Positions 40,311-48,254 of a stretch of 64,000 nucleotides of DNA are shown in pieces. Source of the DNA: Bradymonadia bacterium (GTDB lineage Bacteria; Myxococcota_A; Bradymonadia; UBA7976; UBA1532). Each line of letters starts with the position of its first letter. The stretch's first letter is position 1. The notes below the pieces were generated by a model. That model was not told the DNA's origin, searched no databases, and worked only from the letters and a program-made list of their open reading frames with translations. The position numbers were made by a program, and so were the translations under genes. Location: assembly GCA_046290225.1 (NCBI GenBank), contig JBKAGE010000072.1, positions 35,764 through 99,763 of the forward strand, given 5' to 3'.

Positions 40311-40848
40311 ATTGGGCAGTGATGTAGGCTGTGGCTGAGTCCTGGTAGGCAGTCATCGCTGCGCTCTGCCTGCGTAGGCAGCTGCCGACGGCCGGCCTTC
40401 GGCCCGCCTTGTAGCTGCGTACACGTCGGCACGCTCGCTGGCGCGAGCAGGCCTCCGGGTAGGCAGGGTCGCTCAATGCTGACGCATTGTTTGCTCGCTC
40501 CCCTGCGTAAAAAGTCAGTTCTGGTGTGACTTTGCACAGATTCTGGCGCTGTTGGGGCTTTCGCCGAGCCTTGGGGCTCAGAGGCTTGCACGTTCGCGGC
40601 AGGTCGAATCACGGCAGGCATCAGCAACAAGATACAGACGAAACTCTTTACGCAGGGGAGTGAGCGAATAAGGCGAAGCCTTGAGCGACCCTGCCTACCC
40701 GGAGGGGTTCCGCGAAGCGGATGCCCGAACGTGTACGCGCCAGACAAGGCGGTCCGCAGGACTGCCGAAGGCCCAGCGCCTACGCAGGCAGAGCGCAGCG
40801 ATGACTGCCTACCAGGACTCAGCCACAGCTTACGTCACTGCCCAATTC
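40311..40848. repeat. MITE-like long-hairpin repeat element, copy A
   Basis: Terminal inverted repeats ATTGGGCAGTGATGTAGGCTGTGGCTGAGTCCTGGTAGGCAGTCATCGCTGCGCTCTGCCTGCGTAGGC... and its reverse complement at 40780-40848. The arms remain largely complementary toward the centre. ~85% identical to the copy at 57081-57554. Confidence 0.75.
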
Positions 40849-40865
40849 GACTCTTGGTCTGCTTT

Positions 40866-41645
40866 CTATTCCATCAGCTCACCATGAACCGCCCAGACCT
40901 GAGCACGCCGTAGCTCGCTCGGCGTCAGCACCACAGAGGCCGGATCAGCCTGCCAACGGGTGAACTTCTCCCGCCAGCGCACTCGATCCGCCTCCAGAGC
41001 TTTGAGCCTGACCTCTGCCGCGGCATCTCGCTGTGACGCCAGCTGCATGCCGAGGCTCTGCGTCTGACCCGGCGGCAACCACACCGCCACGAGCTCTTTC
41101 ACCGCCGCTCGACGATCCAGCGGATCTGCCCCCACACGATCCAGCACCTGGCGGATCTCCACCGAGCGCGCCAGGGACTCCAGCTGGATGTTCACCATGT
41201 TCGCCGGCATCGTGCCCAGCTCGGCGAGCAAGCCGCCATGAGCCTTCTGCACCTCTTCCCACGTGGGCGGCTCCGGGGCGCCGTGCCAGCGGGACAGCGC
41301 CTCAGCCACCCCCTGGCGATAGGTGAGATAACGGGTGAAGATCGACGCCGCCTCCTCCGCGGCCTCGGGCGGCACCATCGTCAGGGCCAGCTGCTCCACT
41401 TTGTCCGCGAGGGCCTCCGGGCCAGCCTCTCCTTCCGCCGTGAGCACATAGTCGAAGAGTGTGTAGAGCTCCTCGTCGATGCGCAGCCGGCCGTGATCGT
41501 CCAGAGTGAGCTGACCGTCCGGGGTCGTACCTGCCAGGGCTTGCAGCGTCTCCTTTGCCGGCGCCTCGGCGCTCTCGAGCTGACCGTCAGCGCACCCGGC
41601 GAGGGCCACGCAGATCATCATGGGCTTCATCATACGTGTCATCAC
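40866..41645 (-). CDS. lipase-specific foldase (Lif/LipB-like chaperone), lipoprotein-anchored
   Basis: Immediately downstream of, and overlapping by ATGA, a family I lipase gene. Helical Ala/Glu/Leu-rich ~260 aa protein with lipobox VALAGC. Gene order lipA-lif as in Pseudomonas/Burkholderia. Confidence 0.6.
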   Translation of the reverse strand: MMTRMMKPMMICVALAGCADGQLESAEAPAKETLQALAGTTPDGQLTLDDHGRLRIDEELYTLFDYVLTAEGEAGPEALADKVEQLALTMVPPEAAEEAASIFTRYLTYRQGVAEALSRWHGAPEPPTWEEVQKAHGGLLAELGTMPANMVNIQLESLARSVEIRQVLDRVGADPLDRRAAVKELVAVWLPPGQTQSLGMQLASQRDAAAEVRLKALEADRVRWREKFTRWQADPASVVLTPSELRRAQVWAVHGELME

Positions 41646-42580
41646 AGGCCGGCCCTCCGCAGTCGATTGGCGTGGGCCCGCAGCTGGCTTCGAGGGCTCG
41701 GGCCGAAGAAGCGCACCAGGCCCAGGATCTGGTTCACCTCGTCCAGGTGGTTCTGAGGGTAGTTGTCGCGAATGACCTGACCAAAGTGGCTGCTGCAGCG
41801 ACCCACGAGGCCGTCATTGGGCTCGGAGTAGACCAGGCTGGTGAGGGCCAACAAACCATCGGAGATGTCGAAGATGTTGGTGAACACCCGGGTGCCCGAC
41901 CATGAGTAGTAACGCACCCCGTTCACCTGCGCGGCGCCCTGACCACAGCGCGTCGCCGGCAACCCCTGTGGGTGTCGGGCGTTGAAGCGGGCTGCGCCAT
42001 CGGCGCTGAGCGATTCCAGGGCGTCTACGCCGTCTTGGGGCTGGCGGGCGCCCGAGACGAGGGCCACCACATCACCCAGGCGCTCGGCGAAGAACGAGAG
42101 CGCCTGCTCGGTGAAGCCGCCTTCGCGTACGTTCGCCCTCAAGAAGGTCGCCAGCTCCGCCCCCTTGTGGGGGGTGGCGATGGTGGTCACTGAGGCCACG
42201 AGATCAGGCCGCACCGAGGCCACATAACGGGCGTCGAAGCCCCCCATGGAGTGGCCGATGAGGTTCACTTTGCCTTTTCCGGTGATGGCGACGATCTCTT
42301 CCACCTGGGCCAGCAGCTGCTCACCTCTCAGCTCAGCGTCGGCGAACTGGCTCACCTCGGTCACGAAGACCGTGGCGCCGCCAGAGCGCAAGGCGCTGGG
42401 GATGCGGAACCAGTATTCGTACACCCCGAACAGCTGGTCGAACCCGGAGAGCCCGTGGGCCAGCACGATGGGATATCGGGTCCGCGTATAGTTCGCCTGG
42501 GCGGTGGTGGTCATCCCGACCAGCCACAGCGCCGCCAGCAGAGCCAACGCTGTGCCCTTAGAGCCTCGTCGCCTGCGCAT
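41642..42580 (-). CDS. secreted triacylglycerol lipase, family I.1/I.2 (LipA-type)
   Basis: ATG at 42580 (MRRRRGSKGTALALLAALWLVG...) preceded by GGAGGTGAGG. YPIVLAHGLSGFDQL oxyanion region. Nucleophile elbow LIGHSMGG. The ORF tracker's 208-codon upstream extension (Pro-rich, no RBS) is rejected. Confidence 0.85.
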   Translation of the reverse strand: MRRRRGSKGTALALLAALWLVGMTTTAQANYTRTRYPIVLAHGLSGFDQLFGVYEYWFRIPSALRSGGATVFVTEVSQFADAELRGEQLLAQVEEIVAITGKGKVNLIGHSMGGFDARYVASVRPDLVASVTTIATPHKGAELATFLRANVREGGFTEQALSFFAERLGDVVALVSGARQPQDGVDALESLSADGAARFNARHPQGLPATRCGQGAAQVNGVRYYSWSGTRVFTNIFDISDGLLALTSLVYSEPNDGLVGRCSSHFGQVIRDNYPQNHLDEVNQILGLVRFFGPSPRSQLRAHANRLRRAGL

Positions 42581-42746
42581 CCTCACCTCCTTGTGTCGTG
42601 AGCAGGTGCGAGACCTCACACCTACACTCCATTCTTGAGTCTCAAGGTCGGCATTGGTCGACTTAAAGGTGAGGCGACCGTGATCGCCGACAGAGGCCGA
42701 CGATCGATGGTATGTAGAACCACGCCCGATCATGGAGTCCTGGCCG

Positions 42747-43349
42747 ATGTGGAAGTTGAGCGTGAGCGCAGTGCTCGTCAGCGCCCTGACCTTTGGGTGC
42801 GAGCCCACCCCCGTGAACGCCGACGCAGGTGCCGAAGGCGGCGCCGGGGGCATGACGGGTGGCTCGGGGGGTACAGGCGAGCCCGACAGCCTGCCCCCTG
42901 CGCGCATCCCTGACGCCGAGCTGCCCACGCCCATGCCCTGGATCGTCATCGTCGACCGCACCGAAGGTCTCGGCGTGGGCCCCAGCTTCGGCTCTGACAT
43001 CGATGCAGTGATCTGGAGCTGCCCCGACGGCACGAGCGGCAACGCCGTCGCCGCGGTGGCCGAGCAGAATGGCGAAGCTGAGGGCACCTCGACTGATCCG
43101 GCCCTGGGCGCCCCTGACGGCCCCTGTGTCCCTTCAACCGACTGCGCTGCAGTCACAGGGGCCCTCGGCTGGCTCGCCCTCGACCCTGGCGTTGAAGATC
43201 TCACCGGCTGTGACGTTGAGGTCTATGAGATCCAAGATGGTGCCATGGAGCAATTCGAAGTGCGCGCGTGCCCCGAAGGCGATCTCACCCTCGACTGCGT
43301 GACCAAGGGCAGCGGCGTCGACGGCGAGACCATCACCGTGACCTTCTGA
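42747..43349 (+). CDS. hypothetical lipoprotein
   Basis: MWKLSVSAVLVSALTFGCEP lipobox. Gly/Ala-rich linker, then a Cys-containing ~150 aa domain. Confidence 0.5.
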   Translation: MWKLSVSAVLVSALTFGCEPTPVNADAGAEGGAGGMTGGSGGTGEPDSLPPARIPDAELPTPMPWIVIVDRTEGLGVGPSFGSDIDAVIWSCPDGTSGNAVAAVAEQNGEAEGTSTDPALGAPDGPCVPSTDCAAVTGALGWLALDPGVEDLTGCDVEVYEIQDGAMEQFEVRACPEGDLTLDCVTKGSGVDGETITVTF

Positions 43350-43452
43350 GCGACCGCCACGGTGGAGACTTTCTGAAGATCCCGCCCCCACGCTACGATG
43401 CCCTCCGGCACATGCCTCTGATCAGGCATATGCCTCTGGTCGACTGGAGCCC

Positions 43453-45258
43453 GTGATGTCTCTCCCCTCAACACACGGCCACCGCGCCCTCCGGCCGCGG
43501 GGGCTGTCGCTCATCGAGATCCTCGTGGTCATCGCCCTGCTGGGCATGATCCTGGTGGCCATCATCGTGAGCTTGACCCCCGGTGACGATCAGCGCGTAC
43601 GCAAAGAGGCCGAGCGCCTCGCCGCCTATCTGACCGCGGCTTCTGCAGAAGGCCTCATGCGCGACGGCCCGGTGCGGGTGGCCTTCGATCTCGAAGATCA
43701 ACGCTACGCCCGAGAGGTGGGCCGCGTAGGGGCCGACATCAGCGCCGCCATGTGGGATCCGGACAAGCGGGCCAAGCGCCAGACCGTGGGCAAGCCGGTG
43801 AAGCTGACCGTGCTCGATCTCCCTCTCGTGGGCGAGATGAAGTCGGGCCGCGGCTGGATGGTCTGGAACGGCGTGCGCACGGGCGGTGGGGTGGCAGTGC
43901 TCGAGTACAACGCCGCCATGTGGTCGGTGGTGGTGGACCCCCGCTCCGGCGACATCGACGTAGTGAAGGGCCGTGGCCGCCTGCCCGAGCGCTCGGTGGC
44001 CCGCGGCAGCCGCTACTTCCTCAACGACAACGCCCTCGCGGGCCTCTCCGGTCCGGGCTCCGACGTGCTCGACACTCCAAACATCGACGATCTCGATGCT
44101 GGTGTGCTGCCCCCCTTGCCCAACCTGGGCAACGACACTCCCATCGAAGACGACGACGACTTCGACGCTGACCTGCCCCTCGATGATGAAGAGGAAGAAG
44201 AGGAAGAGCTCCAGGGGCCTCAAGATACACCCGTGGAAGAAGATGATGATCCCGAGGACCTCGACGCCGGGGTCGATGACACCCCCGATGCGGATCTCGG
44301 CTGTACTCGGGACGAGGACTGCAAAGATCCGGGCGATCCCTCGACGGAGTTTCATCGCTGTTATCTGCCCCCAGGCGAAGCCGGTGGCACATGCGTCTTC
44401 GATCCTGCAGGAATGGACTTCCGGGTGGACCGTCTCACAGTCACTCAGCCTCAGGGCTTGCTGGCCACTCTCATGAGCGCGGTGTTGCAGGACGGCATCA
44501 ACCGCCGCCGGACCAACATTCTCTTCTCGTTCCCCTATCGAGACGCCCCAGGGCAGGCGTGGCTGTATGGGCCCTCGGACACGATCAGCCAGGGGATGTA
44601 CATCTCCCAGGCAGAGACGAACGGCTCCAGCTATCAGTCCAAGCTCGACCTGCCCTCGTTCAACATGGGCCTTTTGAACATGCGCGGCGTCACGAGCGCA
44701 CAGGGCAACGTGTCACAGGTCCAGTATTGCGATGAGCTGAACGCCTCTCGTGGTGGTGCGTGCACCCTCGAAATGCAGAAGCGCGACAGCGCCTTCTCCG
44801 GCACCGCTGGGCGGCTGGAGTTCTACGCTCAAGGCGGCCGTATCCCTGGTACTCGAACTGAGTGCCTGATCCGATTCGTCCTGCCATCGACCACCATTGT
44901 GCAGTTCGATCTCAGCTATGATCGCGGCTGGAACGCCGACATCAACATGCTGGCGGTGATCAACACCAGCCACGCCGACGAGACCGAGCTGCCCGAAAAC
45001 GTCATCCCCGCTGAGCTGAAAGAAGCCCTTGATGACCAAAACGCCGAGTACTACACGCTGCGGGAGATCTTCAAAGCGCTGGGCATGGCTGATCCCACCT
45101 ACGATCAGAACCGTGATGGGGTAAAAGACTCCTGGCAGATGGGTTTCCAAGGCACGGCCAGCCTGGTGGAGCTCGGCAACAACGATGCTCAAGCGACCCG
45201 GATCTTGAGCGGACTGGTGGGCAGAGAGCCCTCTCGGACGTGCTCTGATGACGACTGA
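43453..45258 (+). CDS. prepilin-type N-terminal cleavage/methylation-domain protein (T2SS pseudopilin/type IV pilin-like), 600 aa
   Basis: N-terminal RGLSLIEILVVIALLGMILVAII matches the G/F-xxxE prepilin peptidase site and hydrophobic helix. Unusually large C-terminal region with a polyacidic stretch DDEEEEEEELQ...EEDDDPEDLD. Confidence 0.65.
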   Translation: MMSLPSTHGHRALRPRGLSLIEILVVIALLGMILVAIIVSLTPGDDQRVRKEAERLAAYLTAASAEGLMRDGPVRVAFDLEDQRYAREVGRVGADISAAMWDPDKRAKRQTVGKPVKLTVLDLPLVGEMKSGRGWMVWNGVRTGGGVAVLEYNAAMWSVVVDPRSGDIDVVKGRGRLPERSVARGSRYFLNDNALAGLSGPGSDVLDTPNIDDLDAGVLPPLPNLGNDTPIEDDDDFDADLPLDDEEEEEEELQGPQDTPVEEDDDPEDLDAGVDDTPDADLGCTRDEDCKDPGDPSTEFHRCYLPPGEAGGTCVFDPAGMDFRVDRLTVTQPQGLLATLMSAVLQDGINRRRTNILFSFPYRDAPGQAWLYGPSDTISQGMYISQAETNGSSYQSKLDLPSFNMGLLNMRGVTSAQGNVSQVQYCDELNASRGGACTLEMQKRDSAFSGTAGRLEFYAQGGRIPGTRTECLIRFVLPSTTIVQFDLSYDRGWNADINMLAVINTSHADETELPENVIPAELKEALDDQNAEYYTLREIFKALGMADPTYDQNRDGVKDSWQMGFQGTASLVELGNNDAQATRILSGLVGREPSRTCSDDD

Positions 45259-45337
45259 GTGGCATGCTGCCTGGCCAATGCTCGTCAATGACTCGAAACG
45301 TGAGTGAGCATGTGGGTCTCGAAGCCCAGATGCGTGT

Positions 45338-46495
45338 GTGCTGATGACAACTGAACTACGCTCCCTGTGGCCTGCTGTGGCCCTGCTCGTCGCCTTCGCG
45401 GGTTGTGAAGACAACAGCCCGAAGACGCTGCGGAACTACAACAGCCCGCAGCCCGACGCCTTCATCCCCGAGCTGCCCGACGCCGAGCCTTCTCCCGACG
45501 CTCTGCCGCCGCCTGACGCCGAGATCCCCGATTTCGAGGTGCCCGAGGTGGCCTGCACCGGGGAAGATGATCAGTGTCCCTTGCTGCACAGCTGCATCGC
45601 TGGCACCTGCACGCCCTTCATCGACGGGCACTACCGTGTCACCGGCCTCGCGGTGACCCAGCCTGCCGGCGCGGCGAACCTGCTCACGGCGGCCTTCAGG
45701 GCCACGCTCAACCAGGGTGATTTGCGTCTGGTCCTCGAGGCAGATGGTTACCTCGGTGACGGCGATTTCCGCTGGTTCCTGGGCTACGCCGACGAGGCCC
45801 CGCTGATCCGCGACGGGTGCCCCACCAACGAGGTGCTCCCGGGCAAGTACGTGTTCCGTCACGATCAGCCCATCTTCCCCCTAGACGGCCCCTGGCTCAC
45901 CTCGCCTCTCCGGCCACCCCCGGACGCCGGCGTCGCTGATCCGGACGCTGATGCTGGCATGCCCGACACAGAAGAGCCGGATCTGCTGGCCCCCGACTGC
46001 GCCCCCTCGGGCCTGCGCTTCGTTCAACGTGTGCCCCTGGACTTCACCCTCACCTACCCGAGTGGCTCCCCAGTCCAGGTGGACGATCCTTCGCCCTGTG
46101 CTCAGGAGGGCGACAAGGTCAACGCGTCCTGCTACTCGCGCATTGTGGTAGAGGCCACCTTCGAGGTTCGCCCCTGCCTCGCGCCCGCCCCTGAAGGCGC
46201 TGAGGCTCTGCTGACACCGCCCGGACCCAACCTGCGCGGCGTACTCAGCGGAGTTCTGGCCGAAAGCGAGGTTCGGGGCCTGGACATCATCGTGGGCGGT
46301 ATCTCGAACAACCTGGCCTCTCTCCTGGCCAGCCAGGGGGTCCTGCCCACGGTCGACACCAATGACGACGGTGCCAGCGACGCCTACCCCTTCGAATTCG
46401 AGTTCCTCGCCACGCCGACGGTTTTCGTGGATGACAATGAGGATCGGATTCTCAGCCCAGTGCGTGAGGCTGATGAGTTGTGTGATCTTCGCTGA
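45338..46495 (+). CDS. hypothetical lipoprotein
   Basis: MLMTTELRSLWPAVALLVAFAGCEDN lipobox. Pro/Asp-rich linker. Cys-containing domain. Confidence 0.5.
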   Translation: MLMTTELRSLWPAVALLVAFAGCEDNSPKTLRNYNSPQPDAFIPELPDAEPSPDALPPPDAEIPDFEVPEVACTGEDDQCPLLHSCIAGTCTPFIDGHYRVTGLAVTQPAGAANLLTAAFRATLNQGDLRLVLEADGYLGDGDFRWFLGYADEAPLIRDGCPTNEVLPGKYVFRHDQPIFPLDGPWLTSPLRPPPDAGVADPDADAGMPDTEEPDLLAPDCAPSGLRFVQRVPLDFTLTYPSGSPVQVDDPSPCAQEGDKVNASCYSRIVVEATFEVRPCLAPAPEGAEALLTPPGPNLRGVLSGVLAESEVRGLDIIVGGISNNLASLLASQGVLPTVDTNDDGASDAYPFEFEFLATPTVFVDDNEDRILSPVREADELCDLR

Positions 46496-46523
46496 CTCTC
46501 TGTTGGGGGGCGCTCCGCGGGCA

Positions 46524-46790
46524 AGAGAGTTTTTCGGGCACGGGCACGGGCACGGGCACGGGCACGAGTTTTACGGATGTGGACAGTGCAGCCTGAGGCT
46601 GCATGTCTTGGAGCGAGTGGAGGTCGGCGTAGCTGGCCGGAGGGAGCGGAAAGACACCCGGAGGGCTGTCCACTGTTTGGCCTGACAGTGCAGCCTGAGG
46701 CTGCATGTCTTGGAGCGAGTGTAGGCCTGCGTAGCTGGCCGGAGGGAGCGGAAAGACACCCGTAGGGCTGGCCACTGTTCGACCTTGGAC
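46524..46790. repeat. left inverted-repeat arm flanking four-helix-bundle gene
   Basis: Contains (CACGGG)5 and two tandem ~87-bp subunits, each with the hairpin TGCAGCC-TGA-GGCTGCA. Near-perfect reverse complement of 47298-47580. Confidence 0.85.
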
Positions 46791-46830
46791 TCGTGACCCA
46801 GTGAGGGGTCAAAGCTGTATGTTGGGTTGA

Positions 46831-47184
46831 CTATGAGGCTCGACTGGCCATCTTGATGAGCATGGCCACGACATCTACGAGCAGTGATTTGCCATCTTGT
46901 GCCCGCTCAGCTCGGCCAAGCCGAAGCATATGCAGACAATCCAAGACCGCAGCACACTCCGTAGCCGATCTCTTGGCCATCCGATAAAAACGACTCTTCT
47001 CAGCCTTTGAGAACTCGCCAGCTCCTTCCGCAATGTTCAGCACTACAGACAAAGACGCACGTCTCAATTGATCTGAGAGATACGCCCTTCCTGTAGGCAG
47101 TTGACGACAGAGTTCATCAGACAACACCAAAAACTCGAGCGACTTGCGGTAGACATCCAACCTCTCGTGATCAAGACAGCTCAT
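46831..47184 (-). CDS. four-helix-bundle protein (23S rRNA intervening-sequence protein family, TIGR02436/PF05635)
   Basis: ATG at 47184 preceded by GGAGG. 117 aa. LDVYRKSLEF...SDQLRRASLSVVLNIAEGAGEFSKAEKSRFYRMAKRSATE matches the family consensus (QL.RAA.S...NIAEG.G). Lower GC than surroundings. Confidence 0.7.
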   Translation of the reverse strand: MSCLDHERLDVYRKSLEFLVLSDELCRQLPTGRAYLSDQLRRASLSVVLNIAEGAGEFSKAEKSRFYRMAKRSATECAAVLDCLHMLRLGRAERAQDGKSLLVDVVAMLIKMASRAS

Positions 47185-47297
47185 ATGACCTCCAATGCTG
47201 GTTCTCATTGGGTCTACATCCGAGGGTGCTGATGCCTTCCACCAAAATTGACCCATACCAAGGATCGCCCCCCCTCATCACGCACAGGTTTGACCCC

Positions 47298-47580
47298 TCA
47301 CCGGGCCATGGGTCCAGGGTCGAACAGTGGCCAGCCCTCCGGGTGTCTTTCCGCTCCCTCCGGCCAGCTACGCAGGCCTAAACTCGCTCCAAGACATGCA
47401 GCCTCAGGCTGCACTGTCAGGCCAAACAGTGGACAGCCCTCCGGGTGTCTTTCCGCTCCCTCCGGCCGGCTACGCCGCCCTCCACTCGCTCCAAGACATG
47501 CAGCCTCAGGCTGCACTGTCCACACCCGTAAAACTCGTGCCCGTGCCCGTGCCCGTGCCCGTGCCCGAAAACTCTCTCAC
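47298..47580. repeat. right inverted-repeat arm flanking four-helix-bundle gene
   Basis: Reverse complement of 46524-46790, including (CCCGTG)5. Confidence 0.85.
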
Positions 47581-47721
47581 CCGCGGAGCGCCCCCCAAAG
47601 AACCAAAACCTCTCACCTCCCCCTTCCTGCGATATAATCCCCACCCATTGAGCCAGTCTGCCCCTCAATCCCGTACCGAGGCACGGGTTGTGGCGACGGC
47701 GAACACGCAGGGAGACACTGC

Positions 47722-48213
47722 ATGCAAATCGCAGACGGGATGGTGGTCACCATCGAGTACACCCTCAAAGACGACAAGGGTGAGGTGGTGGAATCTTCTC
47801 AGGATCGAGGCGCGATCTCGTTCCGTATGGGCGACTCGCGCATGTTGCCGGGTCTGGCAAAGGCGATCCACGGCATGGAAGTCGGGCAAACCCGCGAAGG
47901 CAAGATCCCCCCAGGCCAGCTGGTGCCTGCGGAGATGACCGACACCCGCGAGGTGCTGCTCGCAGAATTCCCCGAAGGGATCGACCCGAAGATGGGCGAT
48001 CGATTCCAAGCGAAAGATCTCGAAGGCCGCCCAGTGATGTTCGAGGTCTTCGAGCGCAGCGACGAGGCAGTCAAGGTGCGCTTGTTGCACATCTTGCACG
48101 ACGTGGAGGTGAGCTACACCGTGAAGGTGCTCGCAGCCCGAAAGGCCAACATCCCACCCCCGCCACCTGTGGACGGTGTGCCTGACTTCACTGATGACTT
48201 AGAAGAGCTGTGA
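47722..48213 (+). CDS. FKBP-type peptidyl-prolyl cis-trans isomerase (SlyD-like)
   Basis: MQIADGMVVTIEYTLKDDKGEVVESS...ISFRMGDSRMLPGLAKAIHGMEVG... Typical FKBP/SlyD fold with insert-in-flap region. Confidence 0.8.
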   Translation: MQIADGMVVTIEYTLKDDKGEVVESSQDRGAISFRMGDSRMLPGLAKAIHGMEVGQTREGKIPPGQLVPAEMTDTREVLLAEFPEGIDPKMGDRFQAKDLEGRPVMFEVFERSDEAVKVRLLHILHDVEVSYTVKVLAARKANIPPPPPVDGVPDFTDDLEEL

Positions 48214-48254
48214 GCGCTTGAGCAAACCGCCCCATCAGGGGAAGCCATCCGCGT

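Noticed and set aside
40174-40476. N-terminal 101-codon extension of the A2M ORF (MSDPAYPEACSRQRA...)
   Set aside because: Lies inside the MITE-like repeat. The same peptide appears in spurious ORFs at 40681 and 57422. The lipobox start at 40173 has the proper signal peptide.
42581-43204. 208-codon upstream extension of the lipase ORF
   Set aside because: Pro/Ser/Ala-rich with no RBS. The ATG at 42580 has a strong GGAGG and yields a canonical lipase signal peptide. The region instead holds the 5' part of a plus-strand lipoprotein gene.
46362-46685. ORF encoding FGHGHGHGHEFYGCGQ... (His-Gly repeat peptide)
   Set aside because: Product of reading through the (CACGGG)5 microsatellite inside the inverted-repeat arm. 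The mirrored copy gives a different frame, so it is not coding.
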